Part shown: in pieces, positions 27,449-34,620 of the stretch
How positions within the stretch are numbered: position 1 is the first letter of the stretch
Layout: each line of letters begins with the position of its first letter
Program-made: the position numbers and the translations under genes
Origin: Pseudomonadota bacterium
Lineage (GTDB): Bacteria > Pseudomonadota > Gammaproteobacteria > Burkholderiales > JAJZUU01
Assembly: GCA_021848325.1 (NCBI GenBank)
Contig: JAJZUU010000009.1
Coordinates: forward strand, 1,580-65,579
DNA length: 64,000 nucleotides
Direction: 5' to 3'
Notes under the pieces: generated by a model
Told to the model about the DNA's origin: nothing
The model's database searches: none
The model's input: only the letters and a program-made list of their open reading frames with translations

Positions 27449-28015
27449 CTATACCCTCTCCATATATTCACCGCTGTCGGTATTGACCTTGATTTGCTCA
27501 CCCTCCAGCACGAACGCGGGGACCATCACGGTCAGGCCGGTCTCCGTCTTGGCTGATTTATAAGAACTGGCGGCGGTCGCGCCCTTGAGGCTAGGTTCCG
27601 TCTCCGCCACGGTCAGCACGACGCTCTGGGGGAGCTGCAGACCGATGGCGCGCTCGTTGTGGAAGTTCACCTGGACGTCGGTGTTGGGCAGAAGATATTC
27701 GGTCTGTCCTTCCAGGAAGTCCGCCGAGAGGGAGAGTTGTTCGTAGGTCTCCTTGTCCATGAACACATAACTGTCGCCTTCCTGGTATAGGTACTGCATG
27801 TCGCGGCTTTCCACAAAAGTGCGCTCGATCTTCTCATCGGTGCGGAAGCGCTGGTTGAGCTTGGTACCGCTCTGGATATCCTTCATCTCCACCTGCATGA
27901 AGGCGCCGCCGCGCCCGCCGACGTGGACGTGGTAGCATTTCAGGATGCGCCACACGCGCTTCTCGAACTCGACGAGGTCGCCGCCCCGGATTTCGGTTGC
28001 AAGCACTTTTGCCAT
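27449..28015 (-). CDS. efp: elongation factor P
   Basis: 188 aa, EF-P-like throughout (HVGGRGGAFMQVEMKD loop region). Confidence 0.95.
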   Translation of the reverse strand: MAKVLATEIRGGDLVEFEKRVWRILKCYHVHVGGRGGAFMQVEMKDIQSGTKLNQRFRTDEKIERTFVESRDMQYLYQEGDSYVFMDKETYEQLSLSADFLEGQTEYLLPNTDVQVNFHNERAIGLQLPQSVVLTVAETEPSLKGATAASSYKSAKTETGLTVMVPAFVLEGEQIKVNTDSGEYMERV

Positions 28016-28115
28016 GGGGGTACTCTTGAGCTGGTGGGAAAATTGGCATTCTACTATAGCCCCGTCCCATTCATAAACCTAAGGCGCCGGGCGTTCCGAG
28101 TCCGCGCAGCTATAG

Positions 28116-28769
28116 ATGGATAATCGCGAGATGGAACCGGAGTTTTCCACCGAGTGCAGGCGATGCCCCCGCCTGGCCAATTTTCTCGACCAGGTCAAAA
28201 GCGATAATCCCGCCTATTACGCAAGACCGGTACCGCCCTTCGGCGCCGACAACCCTGCGGTGCTGGTAGTGGGGCTCGCGCCGGGGATGCACGGCGCCAA
28301 CCGCACCGGCAGGCCCTTTACCGGCGATTATGCCGGCCTGTTGCTGTACGAAACCCTGCACCGCTTCGGCTTCTCCAGTCAGCCAAGCTCCGTGAGCGCG
28401 GCCGATTCACTCCGGCTTATGGACTGCCGCATCACCAACGCGGTCAAGTGCCTGCCCCCGAAGAACAAGCCGGATACGGAAGAAATAAAGCAGTGCAATA
28501 AGTACTTGAGGATTGAACTTAATGCATTGACGGAGGATGCGATTATCCTTGCCTTGGGTAACGTCGCCCACCGTGCGGTTCTTTTGGCCCTGGGGCTCAA
28601 GAACAGCGCTTTTCCCTTCGCCCACGGGGCGGTGCATATCTTGCCCCGGGGGCTGACGTTGTATGATAGCTACCATTGCAGCCGTTATAATACCCAGACG
28701 AGACGCCTTACCACGCCCATGTTCGAGCAGGTTTTCGCCGCTATAGCCAGCCAACTGAGGAGAAGATGA
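28116..28769 (+). CDS. uracil-DNA glycosylase superfamily protein (family 4/5-like)
   Basis: CRRCPRL, VVGLAPGMHGANRTGRPFTGD and HCSRYN motifs. Confidence 0.8.
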   Translation: MDNREMEPEFSTECRRCPRLANFLDQVKSDNPAYYARPVPPFGADNPAVLVVGLAPGMHGANRTGRPFTGDYAGLLLYETLHRFGFSSQPSSVSAADSLRLMDCRITNAVKCLPPKNKPDTEEIKQCNKYLRIELNALTEDAIILALGNVAHRAVLLALGLKNSAFPFAHGAVHILPRGLTLYDSYHCSRYNTQTRRLTTPMFEQVFAAIASQLRRR

Positions 28770-28957
28770 TGCCCTACGTCAACATTCGCGTCGCCGGCAC
28801 CTTGACCCGCGAGCAGAAAAGCAAGATCGCCGAAGAGATCACCGATGTCCTGGAGCGCATTGCCCATAAGCCGAAATCGTACACCTACATCGCCTTCGAC
28901 GAACTGCCCGAGGAGAATTGGGCCGTCGCCGGTACCCTGTTGGACGAGGACGCGTGA
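28766..28957 (+). CDS. 4-oxalocrotonate tautomerase family protein
   Basis: 63 aa beginning MMPYVNIRV (Pro-1 type), the typical size for the family. Confidence 0.75.
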   Translation: MMPYVNIRVAGTLTREQKSKIAEEITDVLERIAHKPKSYTYIAFDELPEENWAVAGTLLDEDA

Positions 28958-28995
28958 GTCCGCCCTCGGTCGGGCCCGTTGCGTGTCATCGCTAG

Positions 28996-30795
28996 ATGTT
29001 CGACAGCAAGGCCTTCCTCAAGAACCTCTCCAATCTCCCCGGGGTGTACCGCATGCTCGGTGCCGATGGGGAGGTCCTGTACGTGGGCAAGGCGCGGGAC
29101 CTGAAGAAGCGGGTATCCTCCTATTTCCAGAAAGGCGATCTTTCGCCGCGCATCCGCTTGATGCTGAGCCAGATCAAGCAGATCGAGACCACCGTGACCC
29201 GGTCGGAATCGGAAGCGCTGCTCCTGGAAAACAATTTAATCAAGGCATTAAGTCCGCGCTACAACATACTGTTTAGAGACGATAAGTCGTATCCGTATGT
29301 AATGCTCAGCGGGCACCGTTTTCCGCGCCTGGGCTTTTACCGCGGCGCCCTGGACAAGAAGAACCGCTATTTCGGCCCCTTTCCCAATGCCTGGGCGGTG
29401 CGCGAGAGCATTCAACTGCTGCAGAAGGTGTTTCGCGTGCGCACCTGCGAGGACAGTGTATTCAATAACCGCTCGCGCCCCTGCCTGCTGCATCAGATCA
29501 AGCGCTGCACCGCCCCGTGCGTGGGGCTGGTCTCAGCGGACGACTACCAGAACGACGTGAAAAACGCTGCCCTGTTCCTGGAGGGCAAGGAAAGCGAGGT
29601 CCTGCGCACCCTCTCGGGGAAGATGCAGGCCGCCGCGGCCAGCATGCAATACGAACAGGCCGCCCTTTATCGCGACCAGATACAGTCCCTGAGCAAGATC
29701 CGGGAAACGCAGTTCGTGAGCAGCGGAAGCCGGCTGGATGCCGATGTCGTGGCGTGCGTGTCCGACGGCGGCGTGGTGTGCGTCAACCTGGTCATGATCC
29801 GCGGCGGCAGGCACCTGGGGGATAAGAGCTTTTTCCCACAAAATGCCGACGATGGCGATGCCGCTGCCGCCCTGGAGGCGTTCCTCTCCCAGCATTACCT
29901 GAATCGCGCAGCGCCCGGGCTTATCATCGTCAGCGAACCTGTGGTTGGCGAGGAACTGGAAGTGCTGCTCGGCGAGCAGGCCGGCCACCGGGTCCGGATT
30001 AATGCCCACCCGAGCGGCGAGCGCCGGGTCTGGCTGCAGATGGCCCTGGAGAATGCACGCCTGGCCGTGGCGCAGAGGCTGAACCAGCATGTGGCCCAGG
30101 AGGCGCGGCTGCAAAGCCTGCAGGAGGCGTTAGGTTTGCCGGCAACCGTCCGGCGCATCGAGTGCTTCGATGTGAGTCACACCATGGGGGAGGCCACCGT
30201 AGCCTCCTGCGTCGTGTACGACCATGGTGCCATGCAAAATGGCGAGTACCGCCGCTACAACGTCACAGGGGTGACGCCGGGGGACGATTATGGGGCGATG
30301 CGGCAAGTGTTGAGCCGCCGCTACGGTAAGATCGCGTCCGAGGAGGGCAAGATGCCGGACCTCATCCTCATCGACGGCGGGAAAGGGCAACTAGGCGTCG
30401 CGATGGAGGTGCTCACGGACTTGGGTCTCGCCGACGTCTATCTGGCGGGAGTGGCGAAAGGAGAGGAGCGAAGGCCGGGATTGGAGCAGTTGGTTTTCCC
30501 GGATCGCGAAAACCCGCTACAATTGCCAAAGGATCACAGCGGCCTGCACTTGATCCAGCAGATCCGGGACGAGGCGCACCGCTTTGCGATTACCGGCCAC
30601 CGGGCCAAGCGTGGCAAAGCGCGCACCAGTTCCTCGCTGGAGCAGATCGGCGGGGTCGGGGCCAAACGCCGGCAAAAGCTCTTGGCGCGTTTCGGCGGGC
30701 TGCGCGGCGTGCAGTCCGCCAGCATCGACGAGTTGTCTCAAGTGGAGGGTATCAGCCGGAAACTCGCCGAAAAGATCTATCAAGAGTTGCATTAA
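28996..30795 (+). CDS. uvrC: excinuclease ABC subunit C
   Basis: GIY-YIG N-terminus ([19 protein letters not shown]), a UvrBC-interaction region and a C-terminal HhH. Confidence 0.96.
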   Translation: MFDSKAFLKNLSNLPGVYRMLGADGEVLYVGKARDLKKRVSSYFQKGDLSPRIRLMLSQIKQIETTVTRSESEALLLENNLIKALSPRYNILFRDDKSYPYVMLSGHRFPRLGFYRGALDKKNRYFGPFPNAWAVRESIQLLQKVFRVRTCEDSVFNNRSRPCLLHQIKRCTAPCVGLVSADDYQNDVKNAALFLEGKESEVLRTLSGKMQAAAASMQYEQAALYRDQIQSLSKIRETQFVSSGSRLDADVVACVSDGGVVCVNLVMIRGGRHLGDKSFFPQNADDGDAAAALEAFLSQHYLNRAAPGLIIVSEPVVGEELEVLLGEQAGHRVRINAHPSGERRVWLQMALENARLAVAQRLNQHVAQEARLQSLQEALGLPATVRRIECFDVSHTMGEATVASCVVYDHGAMQNGEYRRYNVTGVTPGDDYGAMRQVLSRRYGKIASEEGKMPDLILIDGGKGQLGVAMEVLTDLGLADVYLAGVAKGEERRPGLEQLVFPDRENPLQLPKDHSGLHLIQQIRDEAHRFAITGHRAKRGKARTSSSLEQIGGVGAKRRQKLLARFGGLRGVQSASIDELSQVEGISRKLAEKIYQELH

Positions 30796-30866
30796 GGCCC
30801 ACCGCCCCCTGCGGGTGCCGTGGGCCCTGCGGCCTTCCCCAGCGACGAAGCCACCCTCAAACTAGC

Positions 30867-31442
30867 ATGCCACTGAATATACCCAATCTGCTGACTTGGC
30901 TTAGGATTGTTCTGATCCCGCTGTTCGTGGCCGTGTTCTACCTGCCGCATTCGTGGATTTCTGGGCACGAGGCCAACCTGGTAGCCACCGCCATCTTCGC
31001 CATCGCCGCGCTCACCGACTGGCTGGATGGCTATCTCGCGCGAAGCCTGAACCAGACCTCGGCCTTCGGTGCCTTCCTCGACCCCGTAGCGGACAAGCTC
31101 ATGGTGGCCGCCGCACTCATCGTACTGGTCAAACTCGGGCGGGTTGACGCCATGGTTTCCCTCGTCATTATCGGTCGCGAGATCGCCATCTCCGCCCTGC
31201 GCGAATGGATGGCCAAGATCGGCGCAAGCAAGAGCGTGGCGGTCTCGTTCCTGGGGAAAGTGAAGACCACCGCTCAGATGGCCGCCATTCTACTGCTCCT
31301 GTATCATGAAAAAATGCCGCTCATCGATGCCCAGACGGTGGGCACCGGGCTAATTTATATCGCGGCCATATTAACTTTGTGGTCAATGGCTTATTACCTG
31401 AGAATGGCTCTGCCTCATGCATTGAAGAGCGGTCAGCCTTGA
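30867..31442 (+). CDS. pgsA: CDP-diacylglycerol--glycerol-3-phosphate 3-phosphatidyltransferase
   Basis: DWLDGYLAR...GAFLDPVADK CDP-alcohol phosphatidyltransferase motif. Confidence 0.94.
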   Translation: MPLNIPNLLTWLRIVLIPLFVAVFYLPHSWISGHEANLVATAIFAIAALTDWLDGYLARSLNQTSAFGAFLDPVADKLMVAAALIVLVKLGRVDAMVSLVIIGREIAISALREWMAKIGASKSVAVSFLGKVKTTAQMAAILLLLYHEKMPLIDAQTVGTGLIYIAAILTLWSMAYYLRMALPHALKSGQP

Positions 31443-31481
31443 CATCGGCGCCAAAATTATTACAATTGTCACTCTTGTTAG

Positions 31482-31556
31482 GCGGGAATAGCTCAGTGGT
31501 AGAGCACAACCTTGCCAAGGTTGGGGTCGCGAGTTCGAGCCTCGTTTCCCGCTCCA
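31482..31556 (+). tRNA. glyW: tRNA-Gly (anticodon GCC)
   Basis: GCGGGAATAGCTCAGTGGTAGAGCACAACCTTGCCAAGGTTGGGGTCGCGAGTTCGAGCCTCGTTTCCCGCTCCA folds as a canonical cloverleaf. Confidence 0.95.
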
Positions 31557-31562
31557 CATTCC

Positions 31563-31590
31563 GGGGAAAGCGACGGGCTTTCCCCTTTTT
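31563..31590 (+). terminator. intrinsic terminator after tRNA-Gly
   Basis: Stem GGGGAAAGC/GCTTTCCCC followed by a T5 run. Confidence 0.6.
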
Positions 31591-31831
31591 AGTTCAAGAA
31601 GCTGCCTAAAGAATCTTCGCGAGTGCGGCAGGTTGTTAAGCGGCTTCCGAGATAGCCCGCAACAGGCCGCTTCCAGCAGGTGGTCCGGTTCTCGGGTTTC
31701 TGCGCTAAGAGCGATTCCGGTTACGGTCCGGCGTACCTGGAGGCCGTGCCCGAACTCCGTTCGCGGCACCGGTCCTGCCCTCGGCGGTTCGCCGTGACCG
31801 GTGCGATTTTGTGTGTGCCAGCTTGAGTTAC

Positions 31832-31905
31832 GGCGGGGTGGCAGAGTGGTTATGCAGCGGCCTGCAAAGCCGTGGACGCCGGTTCGATTCCGACCCCCGC
31901 CTCCA
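31832..31905 (+). tRNA. cysT: tRNA-Cys (anticodon GCA)
   Basis: GGCGGGGTGGCAGAGTGGTTATGCAGCGGCCTGCAAAGCCGTGGACGCCGGTTCGATTCCGACCCCCGCCTCCA folds as a canonical cloverleaf. Confidence 0.95.
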
Positions 31906-31909
31906 TCCA

Positions 31910-31948
31910 GCCCGGATGGCGGAGCAGGGACACACAAGGGATTTCAAG
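31910..31948 (+). pseudogene. degenerate tRNA-Leu 5'-half-like fragment
   Basis: GCCCGGATGGCGGAGCAGG matches 18 of the first 19 nt of the tRNA-Leu 5' half at 32017, and about 29/39 positions overall without gaps. No matching 3' half follows. Confidence 0.45.
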
Positions 31949-32016
31949 ACCTCCAGATATATTCCGCAAGGCATTGTTTCGTAATTGACTTGTTTCTGAT
32001 CGGCAACATGAATCTT

Positions 32017-32055
32017 GCCCGGATGGCGGAACAGGTAGACGCTACGGACTTAAAA
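32017..32055 (+). pseudogene. leuZ: tRNA-Leu(UAA) 5' half (acceptor, D arm, anticodon 5' stem and loop), separated from its 3' half by the insertion
   Basis: GCCCGGATGGCGGAACAGGTAGACGCTACGGACTTAAAA. Joined to 47821-47868 it gives a perfect 87-nt class II tRNA. Confidence 0.9.
32047..32055. repeat. attL core (GACTTAAAA)
   Basis: Identical 9-mer at 47812-47820. Corresponds to the last 2 nt of the anticodon stem plus the 7-nt anticodon loop. Confidence 0.8.
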
Positions 32056-32137
32056 ACATCTTGTGGTGTAGTATTTTCAACGGTTAGAAGCACATTGCGC
32101 GTAAAAGTGCGTAATCCGTTGAAAAGGAGCCAACACC

Positions 32138-33256
32138 ATGGGGTCGATAGTCGAGTCCAAGAAAATCGGCAAGGACGGTAAGGCCGTCACGATCTACCGG
32201 GCGCACATCCGGCGCACCGGATTCAAGAGCCAGTCCAAGAGCTTCCGCACCAAGACCGAGGCGAAGGAATGGCTGCGCAACAACGAAGCCACCGTCCTGC
32301 TGGAAAAGAAATCCAAGGGGTCAGGCACTACCTTCGCCAAGCTGGCCGAACTATTCGCCGCTGCGCCCCCGATGAAGGGCACGCGGTATTGGGACGCCGG
32401 CCACCTCGATTTCTGGATTGAGCAATTCGGGCCGCTGCGCCTCAACGATGTTACGCACGGCGAAATCAACGCCGCCGTGGCCGTGCTCCAAACCCGCCCG
32501 GCGATGCGCGCCACGTCGAGCGGCCCCAAGCCTACCGGCAAGCTGCTATCGCCGGCCACGGTCAACCGCCATCTGGCTACCCTTTCCGCCGTGATGAACT
32601 TCGCGCTCAAGCGGGGCATGATCGAGGCGCATCCGATGAAGGCCGGCAAGGTGGAGAAGCTGACCGAAGGCAACGGCCGCAAGCGCGTATTGACCAACGA
32701 GGAAGTTACGCGCCTGCTGGCTGCTGCCGAGGGTAGCCGGTGGCCGATGATGCCGCTATTCCTGCGCATGCTGCTGACCACGGCCGCGCGCAAATCCGAA
32801 GTGCTCAACCTTCGGTGGGAGCACGTCAGCTTGGCCGAGTCAGTGGCGATTCTGCACGAAACGAAGAACGGCCGGGCGCGAGCCTTGCCGCTGGTTTCCG
32901 ACGTGCGGGCCGCACTGGAACAGGTCAGCAAGGTGCGGCCGATAAATTCCGACTACGTGTTCTTCGACCCCAAGCACCCGGCCCAGCCCAAGAACGTGGA
33001 CACGATCTGGCACTTTGTGCGCCAACGCGCCGGCCTGCTGAAAGACCGCGACGACCCGCTCGACCAGGTGGTGCTCCACACGACCCGGCATTCAGCCATC
33101 ACCAAGATGCTGAAAGGCGGCGCCAACCTTACCCAGGCCGCCGTCGTGTCCGGCCACCAGACCCTCGCCATGCTCAAGCGCTACGAGCACCTGGCGGCCC
33201 AGGATTCCGTCGAGTTGGCCGAACGCCTGCTCGGCGGTGGTAAATCCGTCGCCTGA
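32138..33256 (+). CDS. int: tyrosine-type site-specific integrase
   Basis: 372 aa with an RBS AAGGAG upstream. C-terminal catalytic motifs (TAARKSE, HTTRHSAIT, GHQTLAMLKRYEH). Confidence 0.92.
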   Translation: MGSIVESKKIGKDGKAVTIYRAHIRRTGFKSQSKSFRTKTEAKEWLRNNEATVLLEKKSKGSGTTFAKLAELFAAAPPMKGTRYWDAGHLDFWIEQFGPLRLNDVTHGEINAAVAVLQTRPAMRATSSGPKPTGKLLSPATVNRHLATLSAVMNFALKRGMIEAHPMKAGKVEKLTEGNGRKRVLTNEEVTRLLAAAEGSRWPMMPLFLRMLLTTAARKSEVLNLRWEHVSLAESVAILHETKNGRARALPLVSDVRAALEQVSKVRPINSDYVFFDPKHPAQPKNVDTIWHFVRQRAGLLKDRDDPLDQVVLHTTRHSAITKMLKGGANLTQAAVVSGHQTLAMLKRYEHLAAQDSVELAERLLGGGKSVA

Positions 33257-33336
33257 CGGTTTCAGGCAAAGCGGGCCGGCGCGGTGGGCAAACACCGGCC
33301 GGCCCTGACCGAAACGCAACTGCAAGGAGTTACGAA

Positions 33337-33762
33337 ATGGCTACCCAAGAGAATATCAAACCAGCGACCGAAGCCGCAGAGCGCGACGCACTCAACGAAG
33401 CCGCAGAGCGCGACGCACTCAACGAAGCAAGCATGGCACTCGGCCGGGCGTGGGGACTTGCTGAAACCCTATGTTTTCAAGCGGGCGAACGCCCCGACGA
33501 TTTCGACGTCGAGGGCGTCATGCGCGTGATTCACTCGCTGGTGGGCCAAGCGAAGGCGAAGGTAGGCGCTCGGGCCGTTGATCTGGAAATCGACGCCGCG
33601 CTGGCGGTTTGTTGTCTGGTCATGGTGGATTCCCAGGAAAGCGCCTATGACCCCGGCTCGTCGTCATCGTGGGCACTTGAGGCTGTACCGAGCGCTATTC
33701 AGCGCGCGAAGGATGCAGTCGACGCTGTGCCCTGGGGCCTCCCTCAACTGAAAGCCGCTTGA
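33337..33762 (+). CDS. hypothetical protein with an internal 9-aa duplication
   Basis: 141-aa ORF with RBS AAGGAG. No family recognised. Followed by a terminator. Confidence 0.55.
   Translation: MATQENIKPATEAAERDALNEAAERDALNEASMALGRAWGLAETLCFQAGERPDDFDVEGVMRVIHSLVGQAKAKVGARAVDLEIDAALAVCCLVMVDSQESAYDPGSSSSWALEAVPSAIQRAKDAVDAVPWGLPQLKAA
33370..33423. repeat. perfect 27-bp tandem duplication (2 copies plus 5 nt of a third)
   Basis: GAAGCCGCAGAGCGCGACGCACTCAAC x2, encoding EAAERDALN twice. Confidence 0.95.
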
Positions 33763-33767
33763 TTCCG

Positions 33768-33789
33768 GCCGCCTGCGGGCGGCTTTTTT
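33768..33789 (+). terminator. intrinsic terminator
   Basis: Stem GCCGCC/GGCGGC with loop TGCG, followed by a T6 run. Confidence 0.75.
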
Positions 33790-33830
33790 ATTCGATGACG
33801 TATAAATAACTTTGTGCCTGTTTGTGATGC

Positions 33831-33859
33831 TTGGCAATCGGTGGCGGTCAAGGTATAGT
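33831..33859 (+). promoter_or_regulatory. sigma-70-like promoter
   Basis: TTGGCA, 17-nt spacer, TATAGT. Confidence 0.6.
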
Positions 33860-33865
33860 CGCTGA

Positions 33866-34067
33866 CAGTATCTCGAAACGAAAACCGCGAAGCCAGACCG
33901 CAACGACTGGTGCAGTACGAGGCAACACCCCCGAGCGAAAGCTAAAGGTGGTGGTAACGGCCCCCAAGGAATGCACCGCCCTTGGAACCGATACCCCCTA
34001 GCCCCCGGCTAGGACAGGCGCTTAGAGATATAGACCGGAGCACTACATGCTGCCGGTCTTTTCATTT
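33866..34067 (+). ncRNA. candidate ~200-nt structured leader/small RNA ending in an intrinsic terminator
   Basis: Lies between promoter 33831-33859 and hairpin GACCGGAGCA...TGCTGCCGGTC plus TTTTCATTT (34033-34067). Internal hairpins CCAAGG/CCTTGG and CTAGCC/GGCTAG. No convincing ORF. Confidence 0.4.
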
Positions 34068-34102
34068 GTGGCGACCGGTAGCACCTCGCAGGAGAGTGCG
34101 CC

Positions 34103-34342
34103 ATGCAAACCACGAACACCCAAGAAGCATTTGAGTTAAGCGACCTTCGCGCCGTCGAAGCGCTCGCCGCCGAAAATCCCAAGTACCTGACTGTATCCAC
34201 GCTGCGCTGGCAGCTTCGCCACCGTGACACCAACGGCCTGGCCGCCGCGTGCGTGCGCGTCGGCAAACGCCTGCTGATTTCCAAGTCGCGTTATGAGCAC
34301 TGGCTGGCGACCCAAACCGAAGCGGCGCGGGGTGTGGCATGA
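34103..34342 (+). CDS. excisionase/AlpA-type helix-turn-helix DNA-binding protein
   Basis: 79 aa with RBS AGGAGA. HTH_17-like sequence LTVSTLRWQLRHRDTNGLAAACVRVGKRLLISKSRYEHWL. Confidence 0.7.
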   Translation: MQTTNTQEAFELSDLRAVEALAAENPKYLTVSTLRWQLRHRDTNGLAAACVRVGKRLLISKSRYEHWLATQTEAARGVA

Positions 34343-34620
34343 GCTACGCCGCCAACATCCCCCCGCAACTTGATTTCAGCAAGCGCGGCATGTGCGCCGC
34401 CCTCAACATGGCCGAGGACGAGTTCACCGACGCCTACCGTAACAAGGAAATCGCGCCCCCGGATAGCGTGCGCTTACGCGAGCCTAGGTGGTCAGTGATG
34501 GCCCTGGGGCAGGAAATCAAGAAACGCACCCCGGCGCATCTGGTGGGGCTGGAAGCCCTGAACTATCAGCTTGAAGCACTGGCTCGCGCCGAACGTGCAG
34601 AAGGGTGGCGACATGACTAA
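34339..34620 (+). CDS. hypothetical protein
   Basis: 93 aa. ATGA overlap with the upstream gene indicates translational coupling. Confidence 0.55.
   Translation: MSYAANIPPQLDFSKRGMCAALNMAEDEFTDAYRNKEIAPPDSVRLREPRWSVMALGQEIKKRTPAHLVGLEALNYQLEALARAERAEGWRHD

Noticed and set aside
31591-31831. Unusually long (275-nt) spacer between tRNA-Gly and tRNA-Cys as a hidden gene or RNA
   Set aside because: I could not identify a convincing ORF, promoter/terminator pair or recognisable RNA motif beyond the terminator directly after tRNA-Gly.
31910-31960. Reading the fragment after tRNA-Cys as a functional tRNA (loop TTTCAAG would give anticodon UCA, i.e. a tRNA-Sec or suppressor)
   Set aside because: There is no complementary anticodon-stem 3' strand, T arm or acceptor 3' strand downstream. 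It is best explained as a decayed tRNA-Leu 5' fragment.
32056-32137. Element-supplied replacement 3' half that would regenerate an intact tRNA-Leu at attL
   Set aside because: The sequence after the core (ACATCTTGTGGTGTAGTATTTTCAACGG...) has no TCCGT anticodon-stem strand, no T arm (GGTTCGA) and no acceptor 3' strand. The segment preceding attR likewise has no 5' half.
33971-34012. 13-codon leader peptide (MHRPWNRYPLAPG) inside the putative leader RNA
   Set aside because: The AAGGA sequence directly abuts the ATG, so there is no usable spacing. The peptide has no regulatory-codon bias and is very short.
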